Source: Candidatus Gygaella obscura
GTDB lineage: Bacteria; Omnitrophota; Gorgyraeia; Gygaellales; Gygaellaceae
Direction: 5' to 3'
Assembly (NCBI GenBank): GCA_030765485.1
Contig: JAVCCR010000032.1
Coordinates: 166,289-230,288, forward strand
DNA length: 64,000 nt
The notes below the pieces were generated by a model. It saw only the letters and a program-made list of their open reading frames with translations. It was not told where the DNA came from and ran no database searches. Shown piece after piece: positions 28,354-37,928 of this stretch (position 1 is the first letter of the stretch; each line of letters starts with the position of its first letter). The position numbers and the translations under genes were made by a program.

Positions 28354-28824
28354 ATGAAGAAAAGTTTTTCTCTTATAGAGCTGGTGTTTGCTCTTGGGAT
28401 ATTGGCTCTTGTGGCAGCGACTTTTATGATGAGTTTTGCTAATTACTCTAATCTTAATGAAACTAATATAAATATTAATTTAGCTACCATAAAGGCAAAG
28501 TCTATTGCTGAAGAGCTGATTTCAATCAATGATTCTGATCAGGGGCATTTGAAGACTGCAAAAAATGCCTGTGGTACTATGAAAGTAGTGGAAAGCGGTG
28601 AATTAACCGGTGTGGGCCAATCCGGAACCGGTATATACTCAGTGTTGGTAAAATGTTTAAAAAATTCCAGTGGAACTAGTTGTTTGGATCAGACATTTGA
28701 TGTAAGTGTAATAGTTTGTTGGGTGCAGTCAAACGGCAGATTGATTGGTATAAGAGACGATGATAATGAAGAATGTACGGTTTCTAATTACGGGTATAAT
28801 ACTAGCTTTACTACTGATAATTAA
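28354..28824 (+). CDS. Prepilin-type N-terminal domain protein (pilin/pseudopilin candidate)
   Basis: MKKS|FSLIELVFALGILALVAATFM has a class-III signal-peptide-like N-terminus with Glu at +5 and Phe at +1, but Ser rather than Gly at -1. It is a small secreted protein with a Cys pair in the C-terminal region. Confidence 0.5.
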   Translation: MKKSFSLIELVFALGILALVAATFMMSFANYSNLNETNININLATIKAKSIAEELISINDSDQGHLKTAKNACGTMKVVESGELTGVGQSGTGIYSVLVKCLKNSSGTSCLDQTFDVSVIVCWVQSNGRLIGIRDDDNEECTVSNYGYNTSFTTDN

Positions 28825-28827
28825 GTT

Positions 28828-29442
28828 ATGATATTGAACAAAAAAATTAGATCTAACAAGGCTTTTAGTATATTAGAATTAGTTACATCAATGACGATTT
28901 TTTCATTTTTGACTATATTTTTGTTTTCCGGCATTATCACTGTGCGTAATATCTGGCTGAAGTCTTCAGCTAAATTAAAGCTTACGGATGAATTGACCAA
29001 CGCTTTTGAGGTTATGAAAAATGATTTGTCTTATGCTGTTTCGAACAGGCTGAAGGTTTCGTCGTTATCAGCCGATTACTGCGCTGCAACTAGCGCCAGT
29101 AGCGGAGTTTTGATTTTATTCCCAGTACCTACCGTAATCAGCGGAAGTTATTTTAGTAGTTCCGGTAGTGTGCAAATAGGTTGTGATGGAGATAGCAATA
29201 AAAGAATCAGGTATAGGGTTGATGGTAAAAAGTTACTTAGAGAGATAGTCAGTGCAACTTCACCCTGCCATGCGCATGAGACGAAAGCCTTGGTTTATAA
29301 TATGGATACTGATTCTCCTATTGGATTTAGTTTTGACGGTACATATAAAACTTTAACCATTACTATGAATTTAGAAGATAGCGATTTTCAGGATAATGAG
29401 GTTGTCTTAAGTTTCGAGGAGACAGTTTATCTAAGGAATTAA
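28828..29442 (+). CDS. Prepilin-type N-terminal domain protein (second pilin/pseudopilin candidate)
   Basis: ...NKA|FSILELVTSMTIFSFLTIFLF has Phe at +1 and Glu at +5, with Ala at -1, followed by a hydrophobic helix. Confidence 0.45.
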   Translation: MILNKKIRSNKAFSILELVTSMTIFSFLTIFLFSGIITVRNIWLKSSAKLKLTDELTNAFEVMKNDLSYAVSNRLKVSSLSADYCAATSASSGVLILFPVPTVISGSYFSSSGSVQIGCDGDSNKRIRYRVDGKKLLREIVSATSPCHAHETKALVYNMDTDSPIGFSFDGTYKTLTITMNLEDSDFQDNEVVLSFEETVYLRN

Positions 29443-29452
29443 AAAGGAAATG

Positions 29453-32038
29453 ATTATGAAAAATAAAAAAGGTATTGCTATTATTGTAACATATTCTATC
29501 CTTGTGCTTTTGTTGATGCTTTCTGCCGCGTTTATGTATCAGGGTATAAACGCCAATTATTTAACTAAAAAAAAGCTTACTAATAATACTGCGCGTGCAA
29601 ATGCAGAAAAAGGTATTGCTTATGTTTTAAGGGAGCTTTCTTTTAATTCTGATTTGATAACGCATACGGTTAATGCTTCTACAGATGTCTTAGAGAGTGC
29701 TGATCTTACTGCGACTCTTAAATTGCCCAATACTGCTATTTTAAATGATGCCCAACTTGATATAGACGGTTGTTACTTTGGTTATGGAAGTTCTGTTAGC
29801 GATGTTCTATTTAGGGTAAAAACATATCATAAGCCAGGTTCAGAAGGTGATACAGTGGTTGTAAGTCAAGGTATAGACGCAGGTCATACTGTTTATCTGG
29901 CTTCGACTATAAGCTCTACGAGTCTTTATGATTATTTTATGTTTTTTCAAGGGAATCAGTCTTTTGGTTGGGGAAGTAATTTTGATGGGAAAGGTTTAGG
30001 AAGAATTTTTGTTAACGGCAATGCTTATTTTACTCAGGGTAAGATTACCGATGCTGCAGAATTTGCTGTTGCAAAGGATATAAAGATTCCCGCGAGTACT
30101 TATAATACGCCTGCTAGGTTAGACTCAATTGATGGAACAACAGATAATAAGGCTCCGTTACCTACTCTATATGTAGATATGGATTGTGGTAGTATTGCAA
30201 GTGATCCTGCGTTGAAACAAGTCGCGTTTGACAATATTCATTATAATGATGCTAGTGATTGGCCGCCACCTTACATGACAATGACTACGGAAGCACGAAA
30301 GGCGATTTATAACGAAATCCATGATTTTAACGGAGATGGTAATGTAAATAAACTTGATTATGTTTACATCCCGGATAAGACCGATGAAACAAAATCTTTA
30401 CCTTGGAAAGCAGATGGTTATGTTTATAACGAATGGTTGCCCGCAGGTAGTTATATCAGGGACTGGAAAGATGTAGATAACCATTTTTATATACCTTCAA
30501 ATTTTTATAAGCAGTTTATTTTTACTGCTGAAGGAAGTGGGACTACTGCAGATTATTCATTTAATCTTCCTAGTACAGGCAGTACACCTGCTTTTGCAAC
30601 GAGTTGGGATTGGCAGATGTATAATACAAGCGAGCCATATCCTTTAACCTGGCAGGCTTATGATTATGAAACAGGCGCAGTGGTGGACGTTGCGAATAAT
30701 TTTAGTGATGAAGGATACTGGAAAAATATTCTAAGGGCCTTAGAGGATACTGGTAATCTTAGTGATATTGATAAAGCCGATATTGAAAATTACGCCTGGG
30801 CTTATGGAAGTAATACAACAGTAAGCGTTAATTATTTGGATACTGCCGTACAATCTCTAGAATGGAATGGTTGGCTTGAAAGCACAACTATGGCTTTGGA
30901 TTCCGGAGATACTTTAAAATTGTCTGATGTTGTTAAAACCAATGAAGGTATTATTAATCCTCCTGAGGTAGCAGAGTATTATGCTACATTAGCCCAGGAT
31001 CCTACCGTGGGTATTTATATTGATCCAGATGAGATTATTGCAGGAAGTTCTGCTGATCCTAAAGTTCAGGCTTTAATTGATGAAAGTTGCATTACAATGA
31101 CACAATTCTATAATAATTATAATCCTGTTGTTGATACAACTACAACAAAAGATCCCGATACAACCAATGATATTACATTTCCTGAACCGGCAGTAAAAGT
31201 TGATGTTGCCTGTGTAAAGGCTTTATCTGACTCAGGTGAATCTTTTAAGGCAAATGTGATTTATGTAAAGCCTGCGATAAAAAGTGTTGCCGGTCAATTA
31301 GTAGATAATTCTCCTTCTGGCACAAATAAAGATATACCTATAAGTAGTCTTCTTGTTAATGGTGAAAGTATTCCCGATGGGGGCATGACTTTTGTAGCAC
31401 CTTATCCAGTTTATGTAAAGTCAGATTTTAATATTTCCGATCCTCAGCCAGCATCCATTATAACGAATTCTAACTACTATGTTTTATCTGATCAATATCA
31501 GGATTATGGTACAGAAAGACGTACATCACTCAATAAACCTGCGACAACCTGTACAGGTGAATTTACTGATCCCAGTTGTGATGGGCCTCAGCATCTGCCC
31601 GGTCTTAGATATTCAACTGACGGTTATTCAAATCCGCTTGAGTATCCATATGAAACTCCGGAACATACTATTTTTGCGGGAAAGAACAATCCACCTGTTG
31701 CTGCAGAAAATAAAATGGGTGATATAACACAAAGGGTATCAGTTGTTATTCCCGGAGGTCTTTATACTTCGATTGAAAACGGCTATGGTTCAACAGTTAG
31801 TATAATCGGTTCGAGAATAGAAGTAGATTCATGGACAAGTGAAAGTAGTAGGCTTGGGTATTATGATCGCAGTAGGGTAAGCCCTGGTGGTGTTAGTACA
31901 TACTATGGTGCTAGCGTTGTCCGGGATTATGATGAAATGTTACTGACAAGTAAGCCCCCGGGAGATTTTAGCGGTACAGCAAGTGAGCTGATGGTTGAGG
32001 TAACAGCAGATGATTTCTTGAAGAACACGAAATTCTAA
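29453..32038 (+). CDS. Large PilX-N-like pilus-associated protein with EF-hand/dockerin-like Ca-binding loop (putative tip adhesin, PilY1-like role)
   Basis: About 860 aa. The N-terminus KKGIAIIVTYSILVLLLMLSAAFM resembles the PilX_N minor-pilin anchor. There is a DFNGDGNVNKLDY loop (nt ~30323-30361). The protein is Gly/Thr/Asn/Asp-rich with no other recognisable family. Confidence 0.45.
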   Translation: MMKNKKGIAIIVTYSILVLLLMLSAAFMYQGINANYLTKKKLTNNTARANAEKGIAYVLRELSFNSDLITHTVNASTDVLESADLTATLKLPNTAILNDAQLDIDGCYFGYGSSVSDVLFRVKTYHKPGSEGDTVVVSQGIDAGHTVYLASTISSTSLYDYFMFFQGNQSFGWGSNFDGKGLGRIFVNGNAYFTQGKITDAAEFAVAKDIKIPASTYNTPARLDSIDGTTDNKAPLPTLYVDMDCGSIASDPALKQVAFDNIHYNDASDWPPPYMTMTTEARKAIYNEIHDFNGDGNVNKLDYVYIPDKTDETKSLPWKADGYVYNEWLPAGSYIRDWKDVDNHFYIPSNFYKQFIFTAEGSGTTADYSFNLPSTGSTPAFATSWDWQMYNTSEPYPLTWQAYDYETGAVVDVANNFSDEGYWKNILRALEDTGNLSDIDKADIENYAWAYGSNTTVSVNYLDTAVQSLEWNGWLESTTMALDSGDTLKLSDVVKTNEGIINPPEVAEYYATLAQDPTVGIYIDPDEIIAGSSADPKVQALIDESCITMTQFYNNYNPVVDTTTTKDPDTTNDITFPEPAVKVDVACVKALSDSGESFKANVIYVKPAIKSVAGQLVDNSPSGTNKDIPISSLLVNGESIPDGGMTFVAPYPVYVKSDFNISDPQPASIITNSNYYVLSDQYQDYGTERRTSLNKPATTCTGEFTDPSCDGPQHLPGLRYSTDGYSNPLEYPYETPEHTIFAGKNNPPVAAENKMGDITQRVSVVIPGGLYTSIENGYGSTVSIIGSRIEVDSWTSESSRLGYYDRSRVSPGGVSTYYGASVVRDYDEMLLTSKPPGDFSGTASELMVEVTADDFLKNTKF

Positions 32039-32048
32039 TTTTTAATTA

Positions 32049-32702
32049 ATGGCGCAGATAAATCTTTTACAGACAAGGATGGTTTTAAAGACAAAAAAAG
32101 CCAAGGCGCAAAATGGTGCAGGTAGCGCTAAGGGTTTTAATTTTGATTTTAAGATAAATTTCAGAAGAATGCCCCGCTGGTTTTTTATAATTGCTATTGG
32201 CTGGATTGCGTTTTTATTTATCGGTGAAACTGTATTGCTTTTGCGTCTGAGTGGTGAGAAGAAGAAATTAAGAATTTTAGAAACCGAAGGAACTCTTTTT
32301 TCAAAGAGCCCTAAGGAATTGAGTGCTTTAAAGAAAAGAAAAAAAAGCATGCAGGATGCTTTAGGTATTATTGAGAGTTTTTTGATTACCAAAACACCGT
32401 TTTCGCAGGCGCTAAATATTATCAGTGATGAAGTAGTTGATGGTCTTTGGCTCGAGAAGATATTTTTTAATTCTAAAAAAATTGATAAAGATAACGATCA
32501 AATAATTATAAAGATAAACGGTAAGGTTTATTCAGTAATTGCCCAAGAACAGATTGATATTCTGGGACAGTTTTCTAGTGGTTTAAAAAATAATCCTTAT
32601 TTTGAGTTATTATTTAGTGGTCTAAAGGTAGGCAATCTTAAAAATGTAAATTTTCTTGGTTTTGATGTGTTGGATTTTGAGATGGAGGTAACTTTAAAAT
32701 AA
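32049..32702 (+). CDS. pilN: Type IV pilus inner-membrane alignment protein PilN
   Basis: N-terminal MAQINLLQTR (the INLL hallmark of PilN), a single TM (WFFIIAIGWIAFLFIG), then a periplasmic domain. Confidence 0.6.
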   Translation: MAQINLLQTRMVLKTKKAKAQNGAGSAKGFNFDFKINFRRMPRWFFIIAIGWIAFLFIGETVLLLRLSGEKKKLRILETEGTLFSKSPKELSALKKRKKSMQDALGIIESFLITKTPFSQALNIISDEVVDGLWLEKIFFNSKKIDKDNDQIIIKINGKVYSVIAQEQIDILGQFSSGLKNNPYFELLFSGLKVGNLKNVNFLGFDVLDFEMEVTLK

Positions 32703-32707
32703 GGCAT

Positions 32708-33289
32708 ATGGATTTCGATATTAAACAAATTATTGATTGGGCTAAGTTGCGCAAAGTAGAACTGATTCTGCTTAGCGTGTTATTTTTGATAAGTACTGTA
32801 TTGTCTTTCTTGCTATTTCAACCGCAGGCAAGAAAAATCATGCAGTCTCAAGAGAATCTTAAAGCAAGCACAAAAGATACTAGTAATCTGCGTACGGCAC
32901 AGGTTGAGTTAGCTAATTTGAAAAAAGAGATTATTTCTATCGAGGAGAAATTAGTAAGCCACGAGGGAAAACTTTTTTCTCAGGAAGACTCGCAGGCATT
33001 TTTAAATTATATCAACCGGATTTCAAAGTTTTATAACGTGAGGATTCAAAAGATTAATCCACTTTCACAGGTAAAGAAGGAAGTGAAATCTCTTGATAAG
33101 ATTTATTTAGCTTCTCCTTATCGGTTGAGTTTAACTTGCAGTTATCATAATCTGGGTAAATTCTTAAATAAATTGGAGCAGTCAAAAGATAGGTTTGTTA
33201 GGGTTGATAGTCTTTCCGTACAGGCTGATAGTTCTAAGACAAGAGAGCATAAAGTTGAGCTGGGGATAACTATTTTTTCCATAATGTGA
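32708..33289 (+). CDS. pilO: Type IV pilus protein PilO-like
   Basis: 193 aa with an N-terminal TM, a coiled coil and a ferredoxin-like C-terminus. Position after pilN. Confidence 0.5.
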   Translation: MDFDIKQIIDWAKLRKVELILLSVLFLISTVLSFLLFQPQARKIMQSQENLKASTKDTSNLRTAQVELANLKKEIISIEEKLVSHEGKLFSQEDSQAFLNYINRISKFYNVRIQKINPLSQVKKEVKSLDKIYLASPYRLSLTCSYHNLGKFLNKLEQSKDRFVRVDSLSVQADSSKTREHKVELGITIFSIM

Positions 33290-33290
33290 G

Positions 33291-33677
33291 ATGAAAAGAA
33301 TAATTATAATATTTTTGGTTTTGATTTTAACTTCAATTTGTCTTGCAGAAGAAAATGCTTTTGAAGAAAGATTGAGTTTTAAGTATAATGATAATGATAA
33401 GCGTGATCCGTTGATCCCTTTACTTGATAAAGATGGTTTACGTCCTAAATCAGAGTTGTTTGAGAAGGCAGAGCTGCCTATAGAAATAAATTTATCAGGT
33501 ATTGTTTGGAATAAAGATGTGCAATTTGCTATAATAAATGGTAAAATAGTAAAAGAAAATGAAGAAGTTGCAAGAGGGTTGATTTTAGAAAAAATAAATC
33601 TTGAAAGCGTCGTCTTGGAGTATGGAGAAAGAAGCACTACTATATATATAGGAGGCCCCAAGAAGGATGGTAAGTAG
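33291..33677 (+). CDS. pilP: PilP-like pilus assembly protein
   Basis: 128 aa with a signal peptide, the KRDPLIP motif (the RDPF-type motif of PilP), and a C-terminal beta domain. Position between pilO and pilQ. Confidence 0.5.
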   Translation: MKRIIIIFLVLILTSICLAEENAFEERLSFKYNDNDKRDPLIPLLDKDGLRPKSELFEKAELPIEINLSGIVWNKDVQFAIINGKIVKENEEVARGLILEKINLESVVLEYGERSTTIYIGGPKKDGK

Positions 33678-35211
33678 TAAAAGAATAAAATTAGTTTTAA
33701 TTTTTTTATTTATTTTTAGTTTCTGCAACTTTACACTTTACGGTGAAGAGCCGTCTATGATTGAGCCTTTATCTGATGAGTATCAGATGGCCTTTGAGCA
33801 AATATCCCAAGAAAAACCACAGCAAGAGATTAAACAAGAGTCTAAAGAAGAGCCTATTGCTATTGAAGCAGGCCGGTCTTTTAACGGAGAAAATACTATA
33901 GATGAAGATTTTGTGAATCTGGCCTTTGATAATGCTGATATCCGCGATGTTATTAAGGTATTGGCTGCGAAAAGCGATATGAATATTATCGTTGGAGAAG
34001 ACGTAAAGGCTAATGTTACCATGAAGCTTAAGGATGTTATCTGGGAGTCGGCCTTAGAATTAATTCTAAACACGTATAATCTTACTTATCAAAAAGAAGG
34101 CAATCTTATAAGAGTTATGACTTTAACTGAGGCAGAAGAGGTAGCGAAGAAAGTACCTATGATTACAAAGATTATTCCTCTTAATTTTGCTCAGACTGCG
34201 GAGATGTCAGCATCGATTGCAAAGATGCTTTCTGCAAGAGGTTCTGTTCAGGAAAATAGCCGTACTAATACGCTGATTATTACTGATATTCCTTCGCGCG
34301 TAAGGATGATGGAAGAGACTATTGAAAAACTTGATACGCCTACGCCGCAGGTTTTAATTAATGTGTTGATTGTCGATATTACTTTAACCGACAGTGATGA
34401 TTTAGGTGTTGACTGGCAGGCAATTACTACAAATCAGCTTGCAGATCTTTCTTCTGCTAATAGATCGAAGACAGCTACATTAACACAGCCCAGCAACATG
34501 TCTTCAACCGGAGGACCGGCATTTACGCTAGCGCTTGTTAAAAAATTCGGCGAAGCTGATTTCACCGCTAATCTACAGGCATGGATTGAAAATAAAGAAG
34601 CAAAGGTTTTAGCAAATCCAAGGATTTTGACGCTTGATAACCAGGAAGCAAAGATTGAGATAATAAATCAATTTCCTTATTTGCAGACTTCCAGTTCAAG
34701 TGATGGCGGTACTACATCGGGAACTGAATATAAGAATATTGGAACAAGTCTTAGCGTTACTGCGCATATTACTAATGATGGGCATATAACTTTGAATCTA
34801 AAACCTTCTCAGGATATAAATGCTGGAAGTGATTCTACTACAGGTGCACCAATAGTTGATACACGTTCAGCGGAAACAAACGTGTTGGTAAGAGATGGCC
34901 AGACTGTTGCTTTAGGCGGTTTAAGGCGCGTTGATAGGGCTACAACTGTTAATAAAGTTCCTATTTTAGGAGATATCCCCTTTATTGGTAAAATATTCCA
35001 GAATAGACAGATTGATGATAAAGATGTTGAGTTGGTGATGTTTGTCACGCCTTATATAATTAAGGATGCTGGAATTAGCGAAGAGGAAAAAATATTTATA
35101 GAAGCAAATCTTCCTGGTCCGCAGAGGCCGTTTTCCCGGAATAGTCCTTTTCTTCTGGAAGAAAAATACGATTTAAGACCTCCTGTAAAAAAAATTAAAG
35201 GGAATTGGTAA
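33667..35211 (+). CDS. pilQ: Type IV pilus secretin PilQ
   Basis: Signal peptide and N0/secretin_N domains. The C-terminal secretin block is GGLRRVDRATTVNKVPILGDIPFIGKIFQNRQIDDKDVELVMFVTPYII. Confidence 0.9.
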   Translation: MVSSKRIKLVLIFLFIFSFCNFTLYGEEPSMIEPLSDEYQMAFEQISQEKPQQEIKQESKEEPIAIEAGRSFNGENTIDEDFVNLAFDNADIRDVIKVLAAKSDMNIIVGEDVKANVTMKLKDVIWESALELILNTYNLTYQKEGNLIRVMTLTEAEEVAKKVPMITKIIPLNFAQTAEMSASIAKMLSARGSVQENSRTNTLIITDIPSRVRMMEETIEKLDTPTPQVLINVLIVDITLTDSDDLGVDWQAITTNQLADLSSANRSKTATLTQPSNMSSTGGPAFTLALVKKFGEADFTANLQAWIENKEAKVLANPRILTLDNQEAKIEIINQFPYLQTSSSSDGGTTSGTEYKNIGTSLSVTAHITNDGHITLNLKPSQDINAGSDSTTGAPIVDTRSAETNVLVRDGQTVALGGLRRVDRATTVNKVPILGDIPFIGKIFQNRQIDDKDVELVMFVTPYIIKDAGISEEEKIFIEANLPGPQRPFSRNSPFLLEEKYDLRPPVKKIKGNW

Positions 35212-36854
35212 TGAGAAGAAAGCTTCCATTTGTTTTTGCACTTTTATTTTCCATTTCTTTTTTAAATTGTTCCTTTGTTAAAGCAGAGTATTCTCTTATT
35301 GGTGAAGAGGGATTGATTTGGAAGAAAAGCGTCGACGGCATAAAAGATGCAGTAAGAGATTTGCTTGCAGAGAATAAGAATTTAAAGCAGCAGATCGATT
35401 TAAGATCTCTTGAGATGCATAAGCTAAATGAAGTTCTTAAGGCTTTGCAGGATAAAAACGACACGTTGGAAAAGAAGATTGAATCAATGGATCTTAAGGT
35501 TACATTAAATAGCAAAGTCAAATCTCTTACCCGGAGAAATGAATCTTTAAAAGGGCTAAAAGGCTCGTTAGAAGTGGAGGTTAAACAGCTAAGGGCAAAT
35601 AATATAAAATTAAAAAAAGATTCCGATGTTTTGGAGAAAGAGGTTAGTTCTTTAGGTAAAAGATTCGAAATCACTCAAACCCAGCTTGAGGAATTAAAGG
35701 ATTCGTATATAAATTTTAAACAAAAGTCAGTTGATTATGAGAAAGAGTTAGAAGGAAAGTTGATAAATCTACAATCAGAAAATAAAAGGTCATCTGGAGC
35801 TATCCAGGATAACGAGAAATTAGCTGTTCAGCTTCGAGATTTAAAAGAAGAAAAGATTGATCTTCTAAGTCAGCTTAAGACTACAAAAGAGCAGTTTAAG
35901 AATATCGATTCATTAAGTCAGAAGATTGTTGATTTACAGAATGAAAAGCAAAGATTATCCGATAGTTTAGAAAATTCTCGAATTGAAATTGAGGAGCTGA
36001 AAAAAACTCTGGAAGAAAAAGACAATTTTATAGATTCCAATAAAAATGAACTTAAAAAGATTGAATTGCTCTCAAATGAATTATCTAAAGCCGAGAAGGA
36101 AAAGTTAGGTTTTAAAGATGAAATTGTTTCTCTTAAGATACAGTTAAATGAATCCAACAATAAATTAGAGATTTCTGAAAAAGAGATAGAGGTTTTAAGC
36201 GAATCTTTCAATAAATTCAAGCAAAAATCTATTGAAAATCAAGAAAAACTAATTGAAACACAAAAAGAAAACACCAACCTAGGAAGCAGAATCGCTCCTT
36301 TAAAAAATCAACTTGATAATTTACAGGAAAAACTCGTAATTTTAGAAAAAGAAAAAGACTTGGCTTTAAGAAAATCCGTTGTTGTAAATGATGCAGATAA
36401 GGCTAAAAAGGTTAAAAGAATTCCTGTTTATTTAAAAGAGCAGGTTGAAGATAAAAGTAGCACAATACCTAAAGTTATAAAATTAAGGGCATTTCAACAA
36501 GCAGAAAAAAAACTTAACAGCTTACAAAAGCTTGATTTAGGTATTATTGAAGTCATGCTAAGTAACGCTTATAATTACGCTAATAATAATCAGATAAGCC
36601 TAGCATCTCGGGAATATAGAAAGGTTTTAGATCTTGATTCTAAGAATAAAGATGCGCTTTTTAATCTTGGTGTTGTTTATTTAAATAATCATAATGTTAA
36701 ACATGCGATTGCTAATTTTGAGAAACTTGTAGAATTAGATCCAAATGATGCGCAGGCTTTGTATAACCTTGCTTTATGTTACAGTAAGATGCATAATAAA
36801 AAGCAAACCGAATTTTATTATTTAAAATACCTGGAACTTGAAAATGACTCTTGA
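35211..36854 (+). CDS. Secreted long coiled-coil protein with C-terminal TPR repeats (FimV/PilF-like candidate)
   Basis: Signal peptide MRRKLPFVFALLFSISFLNCSFVKA, then about 400 aa of continuous heptad coiled coil (ELKK..., LQNEKQRL...), then 2-3 TPR motifs (ALFNLGVVYL..., AQALYNLALCYSKM...). Confidence 0.45.
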   Translation: MRRKLPFVFALLFSISFLNCSFVKAEYSLIGEEGLIWKKSVDGIKDAVRDLLAENKNLKQQIDLRSLEMHKLNEVLKALQDKNDTLEKKIESMDLKVTLNSKVKSLTRRNESLKGLKGSLEVEVKQLRANNIKLKKDSDVLEKEVSSLGKRFEITQTQLEELKDSYINFKQKSVDYEKELEGKLINLQSENKRSSGAIQDNEKLAVQLRDLKEEKIDLLSQLKTTKEQFKNIDSLSQKIVDLQNEKQRLSDSLENSRIEIEELKKTLEEKDNFIDSNKNELKKIELLSNELSKAEKEKLGFKDEIVSLKIQLNESNNKLEISEKEIEVLSESFNKFKQKSIENQEKLIETQKENTNLGSRIAPLKNQLDNLQEKLVILEKEKDLALRKSVVVNDADKAKKVKRIPVYLKEQVEDKSSTIPKVIKLRAFQQAEKKLNSLQKLDLGIIEVMLSNAYNYANNNQISLASREYRKVLDLDSKNKDALFNLGVVYLNNHNVKHAIANFEKLVELDPNDAQALYNLALCYSKMHNKKQTEFYYLKYLELENDS

Positions 36855-37920
36855 TCAAAAAGGCTTTTTAGGAATAAAGAGTAGTTTTTTTAAGAAAAAA
36901 GAAAAAAGTTTTGTTGGAATTGATATTGGTTCATCAAATCTTAAAATTGTAAGGCTTGCCCCGAATAAAGAAACTAAGAAAATCCAGTTAACTGATTTTG
37001 CGAATATAGCTTTTGAGGAACAGGTTTCTAGTGACCAGATAAAAAAGGCATTAGAGGAGGCATTACGCCAAACCAATATTTCCAAAGATAGCGATGTGGT
37101 TTTTAATATCCCCAATAACTCTGCGATAACCCGTTATGTTGTGATGCCGAAAATGAACCATGATGATTTAAGAAAGGCTATTGGGTATGAGCTGGAGAAA
37201 TATATTGCTTTTGATACAAAAGAAGCCGTTTACGACTTCCGTATTTTAGAAAACGCACAAGTAAAAGAAGGACATTTGAAGGTCCTTTTGGTTATTACTA
37301 AAAAGGAAACTGTTGATGAAAGGGTGAAGGCAATCGAGGATGTAGGGTTTATTCCTAAGGTGGTGAGTATTGATTCAGTTGTGATTTCTAATACATTTTA
37401 TCTTAATCATGCTGATAAAAAGGATAAGAATATCGCTATTGTAAATCTTGGTTCAAGGCTTTGTAGTATAAGTGTTGTAAGGGGCGGTATCTCCAATTTT
37501 ATGCGTGATATCGCTGTTGGCATAGAAAATATCGTAAGTCTGGTTTCGGAAAAGCTAGAGATGAATAAGGCCGATATCTTAAATTCTATATTAAAGCCGG
37601 AACTTCAGTCGAAAGAGTTTAAAGATATAATAAATTCTGTACTTTCAAATCTATTAAATGAACTTTACCTTTCTTTTGATTATTACGAAACGCAGTTTGA
37701 GACTTCTATCGATGAAATTTATATAACCGGTGGACTTTCGCAACAGCCGGGATTAATAGAATTTTTATCCAATAATCTAGGTATAACGGTAAATAAGCTT
37801 AATCCTTTACAGAACCTTGATATGTCAGTCGATTTGAGGTCGAAGCTTGATTCGAAGAAGGATATTATGGCTGTAAGCATAGGTCTTGCCTTAGAAGATT
37901 CCGATTTAAAATATTTTTAA
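36844..37920 (+). CDS. pilM: Type IV pilus assembly protein PilM (actin-like)
   Basis: FVGIDIGSSNLKIVRL phosphate-1 motif with a PilM/FtsA-like fold. ATG 36844 is the likely start; the ORF track gives TTG 36838. Confidence 0.85.
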   Translation: MTLDQKGFLGIKSSFFKKKEKSFVGIDIGSSNLKIVRLAPNKETKKIQLTDFANIAFEEQVSSDQIKKALEEALRQTNISKDSDVVFNIPNNSAITRYVVMPKMNHDDLRKAIGYELEKYIAFDTKEAVYDFRILENAQVKEGHLKVLLVITKKETVDERVKAIEDVGFIPKVVSIDSVVISNTFYLNHADKKDKNIAIVNLGSRLCSISVVRGGISNFMRDIAVGIENIVSLVSEKLEMNKADILNSILKPELQSKEFKDIINSVLSNLLNELYLSFDYYETQFETSIDEIYITGGLSQQPGLIEFLSNNLGITVNKLNPLQNLDMSVDLRSKLDSKKDIMAVSIGLALEDSDLKYF

Positions 37921-37928
37921 AATTTCTT

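Noticed and set aside
33182-33661. 159-aa minus-strand ORF across pilO/pilP
   Set aside because: Antisense to two syntenic pilus genes with recognisable motifs (the pilO coiled coil, and RDP in pilP). No motif of its own.
35195-35674. 159-aa minus-strand ORF at the start of the coiled-coil/TPR gene
   Set aside because: Antisense to a + strand gene with a signal peptide and a long heptad pattern. Ser/Leu/Phe-rich artefact.
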